Part shown: piece by piece, positions 33,718 to 48,132 of the stretch | Numbering within the stretch: position 1 is the first letter of the stretch | Layout of the letters: every line of letters starts with the position of its first letter | Assembly (NCBI GenBank): GCA_964016885.1 | Contig: CAXHJY010001600.1 | Location: forward strand, 1-64,000 | Reading direction: 5' to 3' | Length of the DNA: 64,000 nt | Source of the DNA: Eledone cirrhosa | Lineage: Eukaryota | Notes under the pieces: generated by a model | The model's input: only the letters and a program-made list of their open reading frames with translations | What the model was told of the DNA's origin: nothing | Database searches by the model: none | Position numbers and translations under genes: made by a program

Positions 33718-33860
33718 TATAATTTATCTATAGTTTTAAACGTTGAATTTAGGCGATGTTTACAAGAACTAAATAAATTCATATGTATATTAATAGAGTT
33801 CTTACATTTAAGTATGAAGAAAATTTCCTCAACACACAATTTGCAAAATCTAGATAAAGC
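33718..33860 (-). pseudogene. PLE GIY-YIG endonuclease C-terminal fragment
   Basis: ALSRFCKLCVEEIFFILKCKNSINIHMNLFSSCKHRLNSTFKTIDKL*, fitting the C.LC..E...I...N...C.HR motif. Confidence 0.75.
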
Positions 33861-34603
33861 TAGATAAATGTTTTTTTAATTTTTCTTTAATATTTTCAGA
33901 AAATTTAAAAAAAATTTTCCAGAATTCTTTAATATTTATTAATATTTTTAAATATTTGTTAATATCTTTTATTAGATTTATAACCAATAACTAATTCAGG
34001 CTAAATATATTTATATCTTTGACAAATGGTCTCATATTAACTAATAAAGAAACAAAACTGGTAGTTTTTTCCGTATCTTCCCAATTTAAAACATTTAAAT
34101 TATATAAATAGTCTTATTAACTCAGTTAACTTAATTACTTACACCAAATATAAACCAATATCCCTCATAACTCATTAAAACAATTATCTATAACAAGATA
34201 TACCCATCTATCCATTCATATATCTATATTTCTGTCTATCTATTGATTCTTCTATTTATCTATTTTCTATCTATTTATTTTTCAATATAATTTTCCATCT
34301 AAATTTTTTATATATATTTATTTTTCTATATATATCTATTTTTTCTATCTACTTATAATAGTAAATATTATATTATATTAGAAAAGAATTGTAACAACAA
34401 AATAATAGTAAATATACGTATCATTGGTAGATATAAACTTAAAACTTATTTACATTACATGAGTTCTATTCATCCTCTTGTAAATTTCTTCTCTCTATCT
34501 ATCTCATAATATTAATATTTTTTCTCTCTCTCTTTCTTCCCTATCTTTCCCCAGCGTCATTTAAATAAACGGTTGTTTTTTTCAATTATTTATTTAATAT
34601 CAT

Positions 34604-34662
<59 letters not shown>

Positions 34663-34724
34663 TTATTGTAGTACAAACTGTTAGACATGCAAAGAAATAA
34701 ATAGCTCATACTTTCTTAAATAAT

Positions 34725-34912
34725 TGTTTATACTTTTGGCACAAGGCCAGGAATTATCCCAGTGCATTACTGGTACTTTATTTCATCGACCCCGTAAGGA
34801 TGAAAGGCAAAGTTAACCTCGGCAGGATTTGAACTCAGACCATAAAGGGCCGTAACTCTTTGCTGCAAAGCATGGCATCAGACCCTCTACCGATACTACT
34901 AAACCACCATGA
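34725..34912 (-). mobile_element. tRNA-derived SINE
   Basis: B-box-like GAGTTCAAATCC on the minus strand and GAAAGGCAAAGTTAACCTCGGC body; diverged copy at 43688-43860. Confidence 0.7.
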
Positions 34913-35482
34913 CTTTGGTTACCATTGCTTTCTTGGTATCATCATAACTTAATGGGTGATATAACGACCATTTAAAAATACATTTTTGTCTGGTTGAAAG
35001 AAATTTTAAACAGAACTATTAGTTTCTCATCTTGTTCTTCAACTGTGCAAATACGAGTACCTCTTCGACATTATCAAAACAAAATGGTCCTTGTAATGCA
35101 GGAAACTACTTTATAACATTAAATGGAGTATTCTTGAGAAACCTACAGCCTATATTAATGGATTCAGGAGATGCAGGCTTTAATCACCTAGCAACTATCT
35201 AAGAGTGAAATATTCACATCTTGTCCTCATTTCAGGAATTATACTTTTAGATGCTAGAAAATCCATCTTCTAAACCACCCCACATGCCAGCAAACACTTA
35301 TGTATCTTCAACTTGTTATCCAATGATGCACTTACTTAAACACTTCTCCTGTCTTTAAGTATGAAACAATTTACCAATATACAGTGGCGGTTATCACCCC
35401 AACGCTGTTTCTTTCCTTCTCACAGGTATAATCAACTTCTCATGAACAATAGCCCAAACAACTATATGAATTTATTATGTAT

Positions 35483-35552
<70 letters not shown>

Positions 35553-37191
35553 AAATGTTAGTTGCATCTACATATATGTGTGCATATAAGCAAAATCAAA
35601 ATAAAATTCAGATGAAACAAATATCATAAAAAAGATCAAATTAAATTTAATTTAGAAAAATGTCATTAATATCAATAATTTTCTTCTCAAAATAGTTAGT
35701 TATGCTCATGTTTTGATGCATAGAAAATGAATAAAATACTAAAATATTAAATAATAAAGGAATGTAAACAATATATTTAAATGCACAAAAATTAAATCTA
35801 ATCTGGAAATCAATTAGAATAATGATATCTGAAAAATAAAAATAAAATACCCTTTGGTATGGTCAGAGTCATAAATCTATCGATCACAGCCTAAAACTGA
35901 TATAAATAATTTTATTATTGAAATTAAAAGATCAAGGAGTATAATTTCCTTTTCCCTCATATTTAGCTTTCGGCAACATTGAATTAATTAGTATTAATCA
36001 AGTCCTTTATAATAGAAACTAGTAGTAATTAAATGAGAAATTTCAGATAAGGTAATTGAACATTATTATGATTATCATTATTTATTGTATCTCAAGAAAT
36101 AGCTAGTCGATGTTAGTCAGCAATGTTATATAAATCATCACTAAAATAAGTTCTCTTCAATGATTGATTTTTTTTTATATGATAGGCATAGCTAATTGTT
36201 GAATAATATGCAAATTCAATCTTAAGTAACTCAGTCAGAATACTATTACATATGCTGATGCTTTTACTGATTAATCAAATTTGAAAAGTAGACATCCAGC
36301 TCATGAGTATTAAAAAAAAAAGTGCTAAAATCTTGATCAACAGAAGGATTCAATATTTACTTTTCAGCTACCTAAAAAGCATACATGCTCTGCTCAAATT
36401 TGGTAGTAAGTAATAAAATTCTTCCTTAAAATAAAAAAAAAACTAACTAAATTTTATTTATTAAATTTACAATATTTCACGGGAAAATATTTTTTTTATT
36501 TAAGTAGCACACTGATACATATAAAAAACATAACTAATTACATTCTATTAGATTTCAGAGTTTTATTTTAAAAAAAAAAGACTTTTCTTTGAATTATAAA
36601 TTTCAATGTGTAAACAAACAATAATCTAAATAAAAACACTCTTTATAGTTAGAAAATGCAAATGAGTAACCAATTTTAACGTTTGATATTATACTTTAAT
36701 TTTTTTCCTAAAACTTCCAACCTTTTTAAATATGTCAAATTATTGCAAATATAATTGGTATGATAAAAAAAAATAGGAAAAGGAAATATGCTTTCACATC
36801 ATTTCAAATAAATTTAGTTCAAAAAAATATAATGGAAAAATTAATCTAATTCATCTTTGATAAATCAAAAGTTCAGGATCAATTTAAAGGGTTTTCTAAT
36901 TTTAAATAATATGAAACAAATGTAATATACAACATTTTTTTATGTTTTTAAATATGATTATTATCAAATTATACATTTATTATCTGAACTCAATAAAATT
37001 AGTTATCACATACTCTTCCTAAAAAAAAATCATCATCAGTGTGCTTACTCAACAGTAATCTTAATATAAAATATACATATGACATTAGCAGATAATTTCT
37101 TTAAACATGTAAATTATCAGTAATAATTATATAAAAAATTGAATTGTTCATTCAATGAAAATTAATTAAAGCCTAACATATTAAATAAAAA

Positions 37192-37650
37192 TCATCATCA
37201 TTACATCCTTTAACATCTATTTCCCCAGCTAACAAGAGTGGAATAGATTGCAACAGAGCAAACTCATACGTAATCAAGCTATTGACCTCTCAGTCAGGCC
37301 AGGAGCTGCATCACATTAAAATTCACCCAGTGTACTCAGTAGAGTGCAGATGTGTATATAATACCAGCACCATCACTATGGATTTTGTCATGTCTTTGAC
37401 ACAGCTGAAGAGTCATCTCAACTGAGTTTGGCATGTTTTTTAAAGGCTGGATGCTCATACTATCACCAACCACTCTGCTGGGTGCAATTTTTATGGTCCA
37501 ACACTATAGAAAGGTTGTCATGCCCTTTTTGGCATGGTTGCCACAGCTGGAAGTTCTTCCTAACAACAATTGTTTTACAATGTGTATTGGTGTGTTGGGT
37601 GGGTTTCATTATGGCAACAGCACTAGTAATATAGCCTACAAATCACTTTC
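37192..37650 (-). mobile_element. Old RTE-tail/SINE copy
   Basis: (CAT)n-TTTAACATC start and GGCTGGATGC...ACCAACCACT motif. Confidence 0.55.
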
Positions 37651-38954
37651 AATACAAATCTTTTTCCATCTTTTCTTCCAGAGATCTAATACCATCTAAA
37701 GCATTCTTGTCTCTTTCTCTCCAAGGCAAGAGCTTCAGGTGACTCTCAATCATATTAAATTCACCTAAATTTGGAGATATGTAAAAAGAACACCTTCTTA
37801 TTCCTAAAAATAGTGATCTTTTTGCTTTTTAATCTTGAATGATTCAAGTAAATTCAATTTCAATTTCCATCTAATAATTGAACAATATTTATAATCTCAT
37901 AATAAAATATTAGTTAAGATGTCATAAACATTACCTAATCTATTCTTCAGAACGTATTCATTTCTAGAAATAAAAATAAATTTCAATCAATTTCTGTCTC
38001 TCTGCCCTTTCTACAAACTATATATATATATTGTCCGTAATTAAAACTAAAATAAAAGGAAATATCTCTAATGAGCCAATTTCATTGATTTGGATAGATA
38101 AGTAATGATAATGAGGATGGTGAAGTTAAAAGGTATTAAATGCTGCATGTAAAGAATTTTTAATTGAAATTTCCCTCCTAGTCAGAGGAAGTGAACAAAA
38201 CCCCAGTAATATTTCTTAATGACTTTCAAAGAATATAGGAGACAACTTCAAGAAATTAAGAATCAATCTCTCAAAGCTAATTTACAAGCTTACTTGGAGG
38301 AAAGTCCATACTTGAACAATGGTTGGTGTAAGCAAGAACTTCTAACTGTAGAAACCATGATATAAATGGTCAAGAGAATACTTTAGTTATCAGGGGCACA
38401 ACAACCTTTTAATAAACCAAAAATCTATAGTGTGGTCTATGCAGGCCCAACTTATCAGCCAACAAAAGTTTTCACATATGAGAAAAAGTCACGTACAATT
38501 TTCCTGATGTATAATTTATATCCTTAAAAATAAAATGCTCTCGGAAAAATGAATTAATTAATGGCATGAATTTGGATAAACAAGACCAGGACTGGTGTGC
38601 TGAATGTCATATGTTAAAATGGCCACAAACAAACAAAATTGAGAGATTCTCTCTTTTCTTGGAGTGTTGCTAGCAATAGCTGCTAGGCTTTTAATTTATT
38701 TCTCTAAGGGGGAAATGTCAATCAGGTTTTTTTGTTGTTGTTTTTTGACATACAGCATACATTCAAAGTGTCTAAATTCATTCCATTGGCCTACTTCAAT
38801 AATTTGTTTCAGCTCATTTTACTTTCAAATATGAAAATTCTATTGGCCAAAATTATCTGCATGTAAAAATGCCTCCAACTGATCAAGCAGGCCAGAGTAG
38901 ACAACACAGTGTTCATGAAGCCAAATAGATTAAAATATAGTTAGCCCCTTTCTA

Positions 38955-39525
38955 CAAAGATCATGCGCAGCTGGGTTGGAATTGTTATCATGACTGGCAG
39001 GTGTAGAATAAATCGACTGAAATTTGCAGATGACATGGTATTACTTAAGTCGACAGAAGATGATCTCTGTCTTGCAATTGATAGGTTTGATCCCAAGAGC
39101 TGAATGCTTGAAATTAAAATCAGTGCTGCAAAAACTGAGATGCTTGTCTTCTCAAGGAAGCCTGTGCAGTGTACTTTACATGTGAATGCAATTCCACTGA
39201 ATCAGGTGAAAAAGGTCAAGTAGCTCGGAGATCAGAGTGTTATTCCAAATTGAGAGATCACAGCTCTGATACTTTAAGAATATGGTTAGAAAATCTCAGG
39301 AAAGAATCACTGGACAGATTTTATAGGCAAAACCAACTGGCAGGAGACCCAGTGGTAGACCCTGAGCAAGATGGTTGGATCTATGAGCTTGGTTGGTCTC
39401 GCTTCGGAATCCAGCCAGATCAGTTTGAAATGGTTGCTTCTGACAGGACCCGCTGCATGGAGTGTTTAAAGAATCTGCCTCAATGACCCTCTGAGGAATA
39501 AATGAGAGAAAGAGGAGGAAGAATT
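38955..39525 (+). pseudogene. Decayed LINE reverse transcriptase fragment (RTE-like)
   Basis: KFADDMVLL at ~39020, then LEIKISAAKTEMLV; many deletions. Confidence 0.6.
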
Positions 39526-39551
39526 ATCTTCTCCATTCTTTGAAAGTCATT

Positions 39552-39856
39552 AACTTCCATCCTCATTCAGCCATGAGGGAAACTTATATTTATCAAGATT
39601 TTACTTTTAGCATTAAGTATTCAGAACATCACCCCCTAATTATGTGTGTATGTATACAATAACAATTATATACATGTGTGTGTGTGTGTGTGTGCATGTA
39701 AGAGAGAGAAAGAGTATTGTTACAAACATTACATGTATCAGAGAGATCTTATCTTTAAAACAAATATAAACTTAGAAATATAAACTTAACATATTTTTTC
39801 AATTGATGATCTTGATAAATATAAGTTACCTTCATGGCTGAATGAGGATGGAAGTT
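39552..39856. repeat. 48-bp inverted repeat pair with ~210-bp spacer
   Basis: 39552-39599 versus 39809-39856; contains CTGAATGAGG. Confidence 0.8.
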
Positions 39857-40217
39857 GTTCCGAGGTTATATATATATCTTCCTATAGATGTCCATTATAT
39901 AAAAAAAAACAATCCTTTAAAGTTTCAGTAATTTTTTATTTTCAAAATGATAACACTATGATTCCAGGTTCTAAACTATTTTAGTAATTTGCAATTGTGA
40001 ACTGTTATGGTTTGTTTTCTACATGCTAATTCATTTTCAGCTTGTCAGTGCACCTGGACACTGTACACAATAATGTTCATTATTATTATTATCTCAAGAG
40101 GAAGTGAACCCTGTAGAACTAGCTCTCAAATCCTTTGAACTTAGCACTGAAATCTAACAAACTACTACTCAATTATAGAGTGCTTTTGCACTTAAGTAAA
40201 AGAAAACAATAAGTTAA

Positions 40218-40892
40218 CCCTTTAATGTTCAAACCGGCCAAAACTGGCCAGAATTCTCTACCACTTTCTATTGAAACTGGATGTAACTGGTCGCTCAAAC
40301 TGATGTTAAGGTATTGTTCTCAAAATAAATACTTTCAAAATCTCATAGATTCGATATTATGTAAGATAATTATGCGAGGTAAAGCCTTTACCATGAAAAT
40401 ATAACAGTATATATAGATCTCTGGACCGAGATCTTTGGTGCTACGCAGTAATACAGAAGACCTGCCTTGCCTAAGTACAAAGCGAAACCTTGTCAGTAGG
40501 CACCTCCTGACCAAAAATACACCCCTATCCCACTACCCTTACCCACACCCCCATCTACACCACCCCTTTCTCTGTAAAGTTATGTTGGTGCCACAACATC
40601 CAGTCCTAAATAAATGAGGTTGTGTAGGTGTCACGACAAAAAAACACACAGTCCACGCTGTAATGTGGCCGTGTAGGTAACACGGTAAAAACCTCCCAGT
40701 CCACACTGTAAATGTGGTTGGTGTTAGGAAGGGCATCCAGCTGTAGAAAACCCGCAAGACAGTCCTATACAAGCAAGACAACCAATCTTGCCTCACATGG
40801 GACAATTCATGTCTAAACCCATACTAGCGTGAAAGATAGACGTTAAATGATGAGGAGGATGATGATGATAGAGTAATGTGAATGCTAAAGGG
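40218..40892. mobile_element. Non-autonomous piggyBac-type MITE (TTAA TSD) containing a nested RTE fragment
   Basis: TTAA|CCCTTTAATGTTC ... GAATGCTAAAGGG|TTAA. Confidence 0.65.
40421..40870 (+). mobile_element. 5'-truncated RTE 3' end
   Basis: Reverse-complement homologue of 30527-30950; ends in (GAT)n. Confidence 0.85.
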
Positions 40893-43687
40893 TTAAATAC
40901 CAGTGATATGAAAGAAATTGACAAACTCTTGGCCATTACATTTACGCTATCATATGAATCAGCTTCACATCGCATTCTTAAGAAAGTATTATTACATATA
41001 TTTAATTAAATTATACATAGTGTTATTTATTGATCAAGTTAAAAAAGAACTTAAATAAGGCTTTTAGGAGATTTTATGCAAAAGAAATGATGCAAAATAT
41101 AGATAGTTTATTCTTAGGAAAACAATATGCTCTGAAGTACAGAAAATTCAAACATTAATTTGAAAGGACCATATGCTGCAATATGCATTTAATTCCAAGA
41201 AATCTTTTAAGAAATTTAGATATATATATATAATATTTATCCTGGAGATATGATCTGTAATAAACAGTAAAAAGGAGTTAAGGAAGTTATAATTAGTGTC
41301 TAAAATATTTCAAACTTAATGATAATTATTAAAAAGTTATAATAAAAAAAAGAATTATAACCCATGCAATTAGAAATACCCATTCAAATGAGAAAAAGTA
41401 TTCAGTTGACTTGAAGCACATCAAAATTATAGAAGAAGGCATCAGAAATACTTTACACTTTCAATGAAATAAGAACTGTTTTTTTCTTATTTTTAGAAGA
41501 TTAAATTTAAATCCTGGTTTAAATATTTACTGATGATGCTATAAAAGTATTCAAAATAAAATTTAAAATGTTCACATAAGATTAACTTCCCAAGTGAAAT
41601 TGTTAAAAATTAGAATCTCAAGATTAAACATATTTCAAATTTTCTTTCTTATTTTGTTTTAATTCATTTCTGTTTACAATTATTTAATTGTCAACTAATA
41701 TAAACTTAATCTTTATGAATACATATGACAATATTCTAGGAGTTTAGGTGTTTTGTAAAGAATAAATAATATAATAACTTGTATTATTGTATCAATGAAA
41801 TGAAAAATTATAGGATAAACTTGGCTTCTTCAAAACATATAAGACACCAAATGGTTAGTAGCCAAATAAGGTTTTCAAAGATATGTTCTGTTAGTTAATG
41901 TAATAAAGAATGTTTGAAAAACCTGGGTGGAAGCAAACATTTTTCAACAAATACAATATGAATGATGTATCTAATAAATCTAATTAAAGAACATCCGTAA
42001 AAGTTACAAAATTAATTTTAACTATTTAGCAATAATTTATCTATGTCAGTATTAATAATCATAAACCTCAAAATCAGTACATATAATACTTAAAGCTGAT
42101 AATCTTTGGCCATTTAAACCTAGAGTGATTATTTGAAATAATATTTCTAAGTAGAGGCAGTTCATTGGAAATGTTCAGAAGATATCTGCCAATGTGAAAT
42201 TTATAAAAAGTTATGAGCTGCATGAAAGCTATAGTAACTAATTAATGTAAGGATAAAATAGTCACAAGAGATATAATTTACTATATATTTATTATACACA
42301 AGAGATATAATTTACTATACATTTATTTACTATATATTTTAATGTTTATTTATTAGCTTACTTTTATATATTTCAGGATTAGTTTAAATGTTTATTAGTT
42401 ATAGTATATATTTCTGTTGTAAAATACTGAGGTTCACCTTAGAAATGAAAACATTTGTTTCCAGGAAAAAAGGCTCTGACAGAATTGACCAATTCTCTTT
42501 GGGGTTTAGTGAAAATAGAAATAAAATTTGCATGAACACCTTACGAATCTAATATTCATGTAATACCTAAAATAAAATTGTATTCTTACAAATAATTATA
42601 TTTAGATTGAGAATAACATGTTTTAAATCAATCTTGTTATTTATAACCTGCAGTAAAATAAACAAAACTATGAAAATCACTTATATACTTGAAAATTGTA
42701 TTATATCATTTTGATTATAATCTGGAAATTATTAGAAGGATCTAGGAAAATATAATTTCAAAATTTTAAATGGATAGCATGTTACAGAAGTCAAATTACG
42801 TAATGAAAATTATAATTATAAATGTCAAAATGAAAAATCTTAATAATGTGCAGTGAGAATAATCCTGATATGACATTTACAGTTTTGATGTGCATCAGAG
42901 AAAGTAGAAGCAATATCAGATTTTTAAGCAAAATACCAGTCTGGAATAGCATTTTTTTTCTTCTCTTAATGAGCTTTTTATTTTTCTGTAAAGGAGAAAT
43001 GTCTTGGGTTGCATGAAAGAAGATTATTGTACATTCTAATGAAGTAAATATGCAAAAGAAGGTTGATGGGAGATGAATTGAGAGGAAAGAACACCAGGAA
43101 TTACAAGCAAATAGGTAAGTATATTGTTTTTTTTTTTTTAAACAAAGAAAGTTAGCTTCAAGAAAAATGGCAAATATTAGACAGGTAAGTATGGTAGAGG
43201 TAAATAGAGCTAAATATGCTAGGTGGTCAATAAGTGCATTAGTTTGAACTATATTGGCCAGAAGACAGGCAGGGGAGGCCAGCACTCATAAGAGTGTCAG
43301 GAATTACCTCTACATATTCGGTTCTGTGGACCTGAACATCTGCTGTTTTCATACTGGTGGGGTTCACATTTGGGATCACAAACTGAAATAGACATGAAAT
43401 GTGCTTTGCTGCTATGATTAAGTCTCTCTAGTAAATTAAACCAATTATTTGAGATTATTGTTTCTCGGCTGAGTGATTGTAATTTTTAATATAATGATTC
43501 ATAAATTAATTACCACTAAAGCTTATCCCTAGTTTTATAATAAAAAATAAAAAAAAATGGAAAATAAAATATTGTATCAAACAAAATAAATGACCCTAGT
43601 TTATTTTTGAAATCATTAAATTCATAGAGGAAAATGCCTAATAAAAATGAGGGAAAAAAAGAAAAATTAATAATGAATATTAATATA

Positions 43688-43860
43688 GCCACAAGGCCTC
43701 GGTTTGCAGATGAGTTACAGTTAGTATTTGACTGCTAATTATTTTTGATACTAGAAAGATTAAAGGCTAAGTTGAGGTGACAGGATTTGAACTCAAAATG
43801 TAAAGATACATAACTAAATATTGTAAGACATTGATTTCAGCTCTTTACTGTTTCTAGAAA
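43688..43860 (-). mobile_element. Diverged tRNA-derived SINE
   Basis: AAAGGCTAAGTTGA...CAGGATTTGAACTCA, similar to 34800-34840. Confidence 0.5.
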
Positions 43861-45539
43861 TCAGGAAGGCAGATGAGTTGTATAATTATATTGTGTTTAT
43901 TAAAATATGAAACCACTTTAAATAGCAAGAACTATTCTGACTAATACATAAAGGAAATATCTGGCAGGATGGGGATAATTTATTACTTAGCCATAAGATT
44001 AATTATTTAAGAGGAGCTGAACAGTCAATATATAGTACGGCAATTATGTTTAGAAAGCAGCAAGTGAAGTTTGAAAATTTAAATTGAAATAGAAGGCTTC
44101 ATCATAACATTTGACTAAAAAATAAAATTGGGCATATAAACCTGCTGAATGAAAAAAGATGGGTACCAACACAGACTATATTATTTAGTAAAATGTTACA
44201 GAAAAGCCTTCTATTGCAATTTCAATACTACTGTAACTTATTTTATGGACTCTGGGGGGAGACAAAAGCCAAAGTAAAGATTACTAAGAATCTAACCTAA
44301 AACTAAGGACATAACTAGAGTAATAATAATCAGGTTAACTTAGAAAAAATGTGAAGACTGAGGATATTTAATGGGGTCTTGTACCAAAGTGTCCATAATA
44401 GACATAATAAATGGTTCCAATATCAAAATTATCTAACATTTTTGAGCTACTGAAAAACTGAAATAAATGCAATAAGCTAAACATAATAGAATACTTCAGT
44501 AAACAGTGACCAGACAAGTTATGCAAACCAGAGTATGAAAACAATACAGATACGAGTACAAAATATTAAAAGTATGTTATTACACAATCACTTAGTTTAA
44601 TCCTTTTCCAGTTGTAGGTACTCACTTCATTTACTTCAAGAAATATATTGATTTTAATGTATGGATTTTGTTCTCATAGAATTTTAAAACAATAATCATG
44701 CTTCCCATTGTGCTATATCACCATCTAATAGTATCAAAATGAAATCTTCAAAATAATAACAATATCACAGAGAAAAGAAAAAATTAATTACTGTATCAAA
44801 AAGACAGTAATTAATTTCTTCTTTTGAAAATGAAGCCATTTTAAACTCAACTGTTCATTTACAAATGCAACACTCAAGTCAAACATGAATGATGCCATGA
44901 AATGGTCAACAACAGTATAGACATTTTACTAAACCTCAAGAGTGTTGATCATATTGATTATATTCTGGCAATGTACCCATTAGAAATATAGTTCTAAAAG
45001 GGTTAGACAGTAGTAGCTACTCAAAAGGACAAACATGACATAGAATGAAGGAAAGCGCAGGCAAACTCCAACCAACCTCACACAACTGATTTTAAATAAG
45101 AATGAAAATCAAAAGACTTGCATACTTGATCAGATTCAACACCTTTTCCTTGGTAACAAACATTTTCATATCTAATACTCCAACCAAAAAATTGACAAGG
45201 TGTCTTTTAAAATAACTGAAAAATTATATGAAAACTGTTTTATGTAAACTGATCTTGCTTCATCAAACCTAAATATAGATGCTGACTGACTGGTGACTAT
45301 TGGATATGGAACATTATGGCAAAGTGAATTCTTGATTTTAAAAAATTAAATACAATAGATAAAATAAAGACTCAATGATAATGCATGACTAGAATGATAT
45401 ACCTACATTAACTTTAATATGAGATAAAAGTACAGATCCAAAATCAATTTAATTAAATTATTACAGCAAAAGAAAACAAAGACAAGAATTTCAAAAGGAT
45501 AAGTCAACATATTCTTTCTTCTAAGATTGATACTCAATG

Positions 45540-47055
45540 AAAAACTGAAGGAGTTGTCTGTGATAGACATAAAGTGGCTACTGTATGCAGCAGCTTCTTT
45601 TAATCAAATTAAGCACATACACAGTGAAAATAAGATGCCAATCACACAAAAATGGAAAATCAAGATAGGAAAAAATAGAGTAATTTAGAAACAATTTGTC
45701 AATAGTATCTGTGGTCTTGTCTGGTGGTATGGTCTCTAAGGTTTAATGGAACACCTTATAACAGTAAAGCAAACATTGTCAATCAATTTAGAGACAATGA
45801 AAATAATTAGACAAAAGAAAATGTGAACAAAAAAGTGAAATTTCTTTTACCAAATTAGAAGACTTTTCACAGACACCAATAAATCATATAGAGAACTAAC
45901 CAACAAAAATACACTAATCAATACAACTCTCCATCAAGATGAAATATCTATAAAATATTGATACTTGTTCACCTGTATGACCACAGCCAAAAGAATAAAA
46001 TCAGGAGAAAAACATACCTAAATAAGAACAATATACTTACAAATATTAAAAGAGAAGGCAAAGCACGATTTCACAAACAAGACTCTTAAAATGAAGAGAA
46101 GTATGCGCTGATTTTTAGGTAAAAGGAGTTTAAAATAAAATCCTACTTTCCAGATGAAGTAATAAAAGTGGTTCCCTAAGTGCATAACAGATTTTCGCAG
46201 TGGGACAAATATAACACATGACAAGATAAGCAATAATGCTGTTGGACTGGTTATATGGATACAAAAAGCATTAATAATAAAGAAAATTGTAATCAGTTAA
46301 CAGACTACCAAAATACTATCAACAATATAACTATACTATCAAACATCATGTAGAAAAAGCTGATTGAATGGCCAATTATTTAGATACCTTACACAACAAA
46401 ATAAAAGAAGAGCTATGAAGTGCTGGAAGGTAATGCCTGTGAGACATACATAGTGCACAAACAACAACGGATTTCAGTAAGGTTGCAAAAGATGCTGGAT
46501 ATCAGCATGATAAAATACAGCAACTCATCGGATGAGATAAACAACATTATAACCTAAGCATGGTCTGCTTTGAACTCATTAGATAAGGTGTAGGAATCTA
46601 ACATAACCACAAAAACAAAATTTAGGTTATTCAAAGCTGCAGTGGAATCAATTTTACAGTATTCCTGTGAATCCTGGTCAGTGACAATACCTATGACCAA
46701 AGCTTTAGATGGTTGCTACACACAAATGCTAAGAAAAATAAAAAACATCAAAACTCAACAAATAAAATTCTATACAGCAACCTCCTGGCCATTATCCATA
46801 CCATCCATGTCAGGAGTCTTCAACTTGCAGGTCTTGTTAAGAGAGGCAACAAACCTGCTACAAAACATTTACTATAGGAGCCTACTAATGTGAAATACAA
46901 ATGCGGAATACCTCTCAAGACATTAAAGAGAGTCATTGAGGAAAATGAGAATTATCTGGTGAAGAACTCAGGCATTTAATGTTGGATTGTGTGAGATGGA
47001 AAGTTTTTACCATATCACCACAAAAAAGTGGATGAATTCAGTAGTTTAGTAGTAA
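45540..47055 (+). pseudogene. Highly decayed RTE-group LINE
   Basis: RLFKAAVESILQYSCESWSVT...LDGCYTQMLR at 46620-46740; (GTA)-rich tail at ~47045. The 5' boundary is uncertain. Confidence 0.55.
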
Positions 47056-48132
47056 AATAATACATCAAACTGGTGCGAGCTAAATCAGAATATGTAAACT
47101 GACATATTTGATTGGTCATCATCTTCTCTCCACAGAGACAATATGCAAGCTTAGCCACTCAAGTCAATGAGAGATGTTAAAACCACATCCAGAAGTCAGT
47201 AGCCTGACTAAATCACTACAAACTCATCTGCAATAACCCTATTTATACTAAAATGACACTGTCCTTCAAGAGAAATCAAACAAAACCTGCTTACTAATGC
47301 TAGATAGAAAGTACATCAAAGGAAAACCCAATCCATGCAAACAGCATGAAGAAGACAGACAGAAAAAAAGACAGACAGACAGAAAGAAAAAGAGAGACAG
47401 ACAGAAGAAGAAGACTGAAAAATATACAAATACAAGAACTTTGAGCTCATTATAAGACTCCTTGGTAAAGTATGTTAAAAAGGATTCTTATAATTAGCTG
47501 GGGCCCAATTTGTTGACTTAGCAGTGGGTCCTGGAAACTGATCTCTGATCTCGATCAGGCAAATGACAACAATCTGAGACAGCAACAGTCTTATATGCAA
47601 AAATAAATAATTAGGTCAGTATAAACAACAGAGAACAAGAGAGGGAAAATCTCCCAAATGTAGCCAAAGTATATGGCTCATAATCAAATATCTAAATGGG
47701 ACCATTATTTGGACCATTATTTGTTTGTGGTGGTCATAACTGGATTCATGAGGAAATCTGATAAAGTTTGAAACATAACAAAACAAAGAAGTAATAATAA
47801 AGGTACCACAAAAAATAATAATGATTCTTCACTTAGGGGCAAAACTAAAGATTATTTTTTAGTGGGGGTAGTATAACCAATTTATTTAAACAAAAAATTT
47901 AGGAAGTAAAGGGATGTAAATAAAACAAAGGAGTGCCTAATCCTACACTCCAACATTTCTCTTGTTCTGCCAGCCCCCTTAACAGTAGATTTACCATATT
48001 TCTAAATATTTTGCATATAAAATAATCATCCAAAGACAATTATATTAACAAGAAAATACTACACATGAAACTCAATTTTTTTAAGGAGATTTTTTTAGAT
48101 TCATTGATACTGTGTTATTCGTAAGTATAAAT

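Larger units (their letters stand above)
32345..34605 (-). mobile_element. Penelope-like element with inverted pLTR (~670-bp inverted arms)
   Basis: ~32578-33255 is the reverse complement of ~33920-34590; termini CCATGATATTAAATAAAT are inverted; central GIY-YIG C-terminal fragment; HHR at 32391-32448. Confidence 0.85.

Noticed and set aside
42791-43285. 164-aa ORF and other short ORFs in the right half as host exons
   Set aside because: No recognisable domain or convincing splice context. Small exons cannot be excluded without transcript data.
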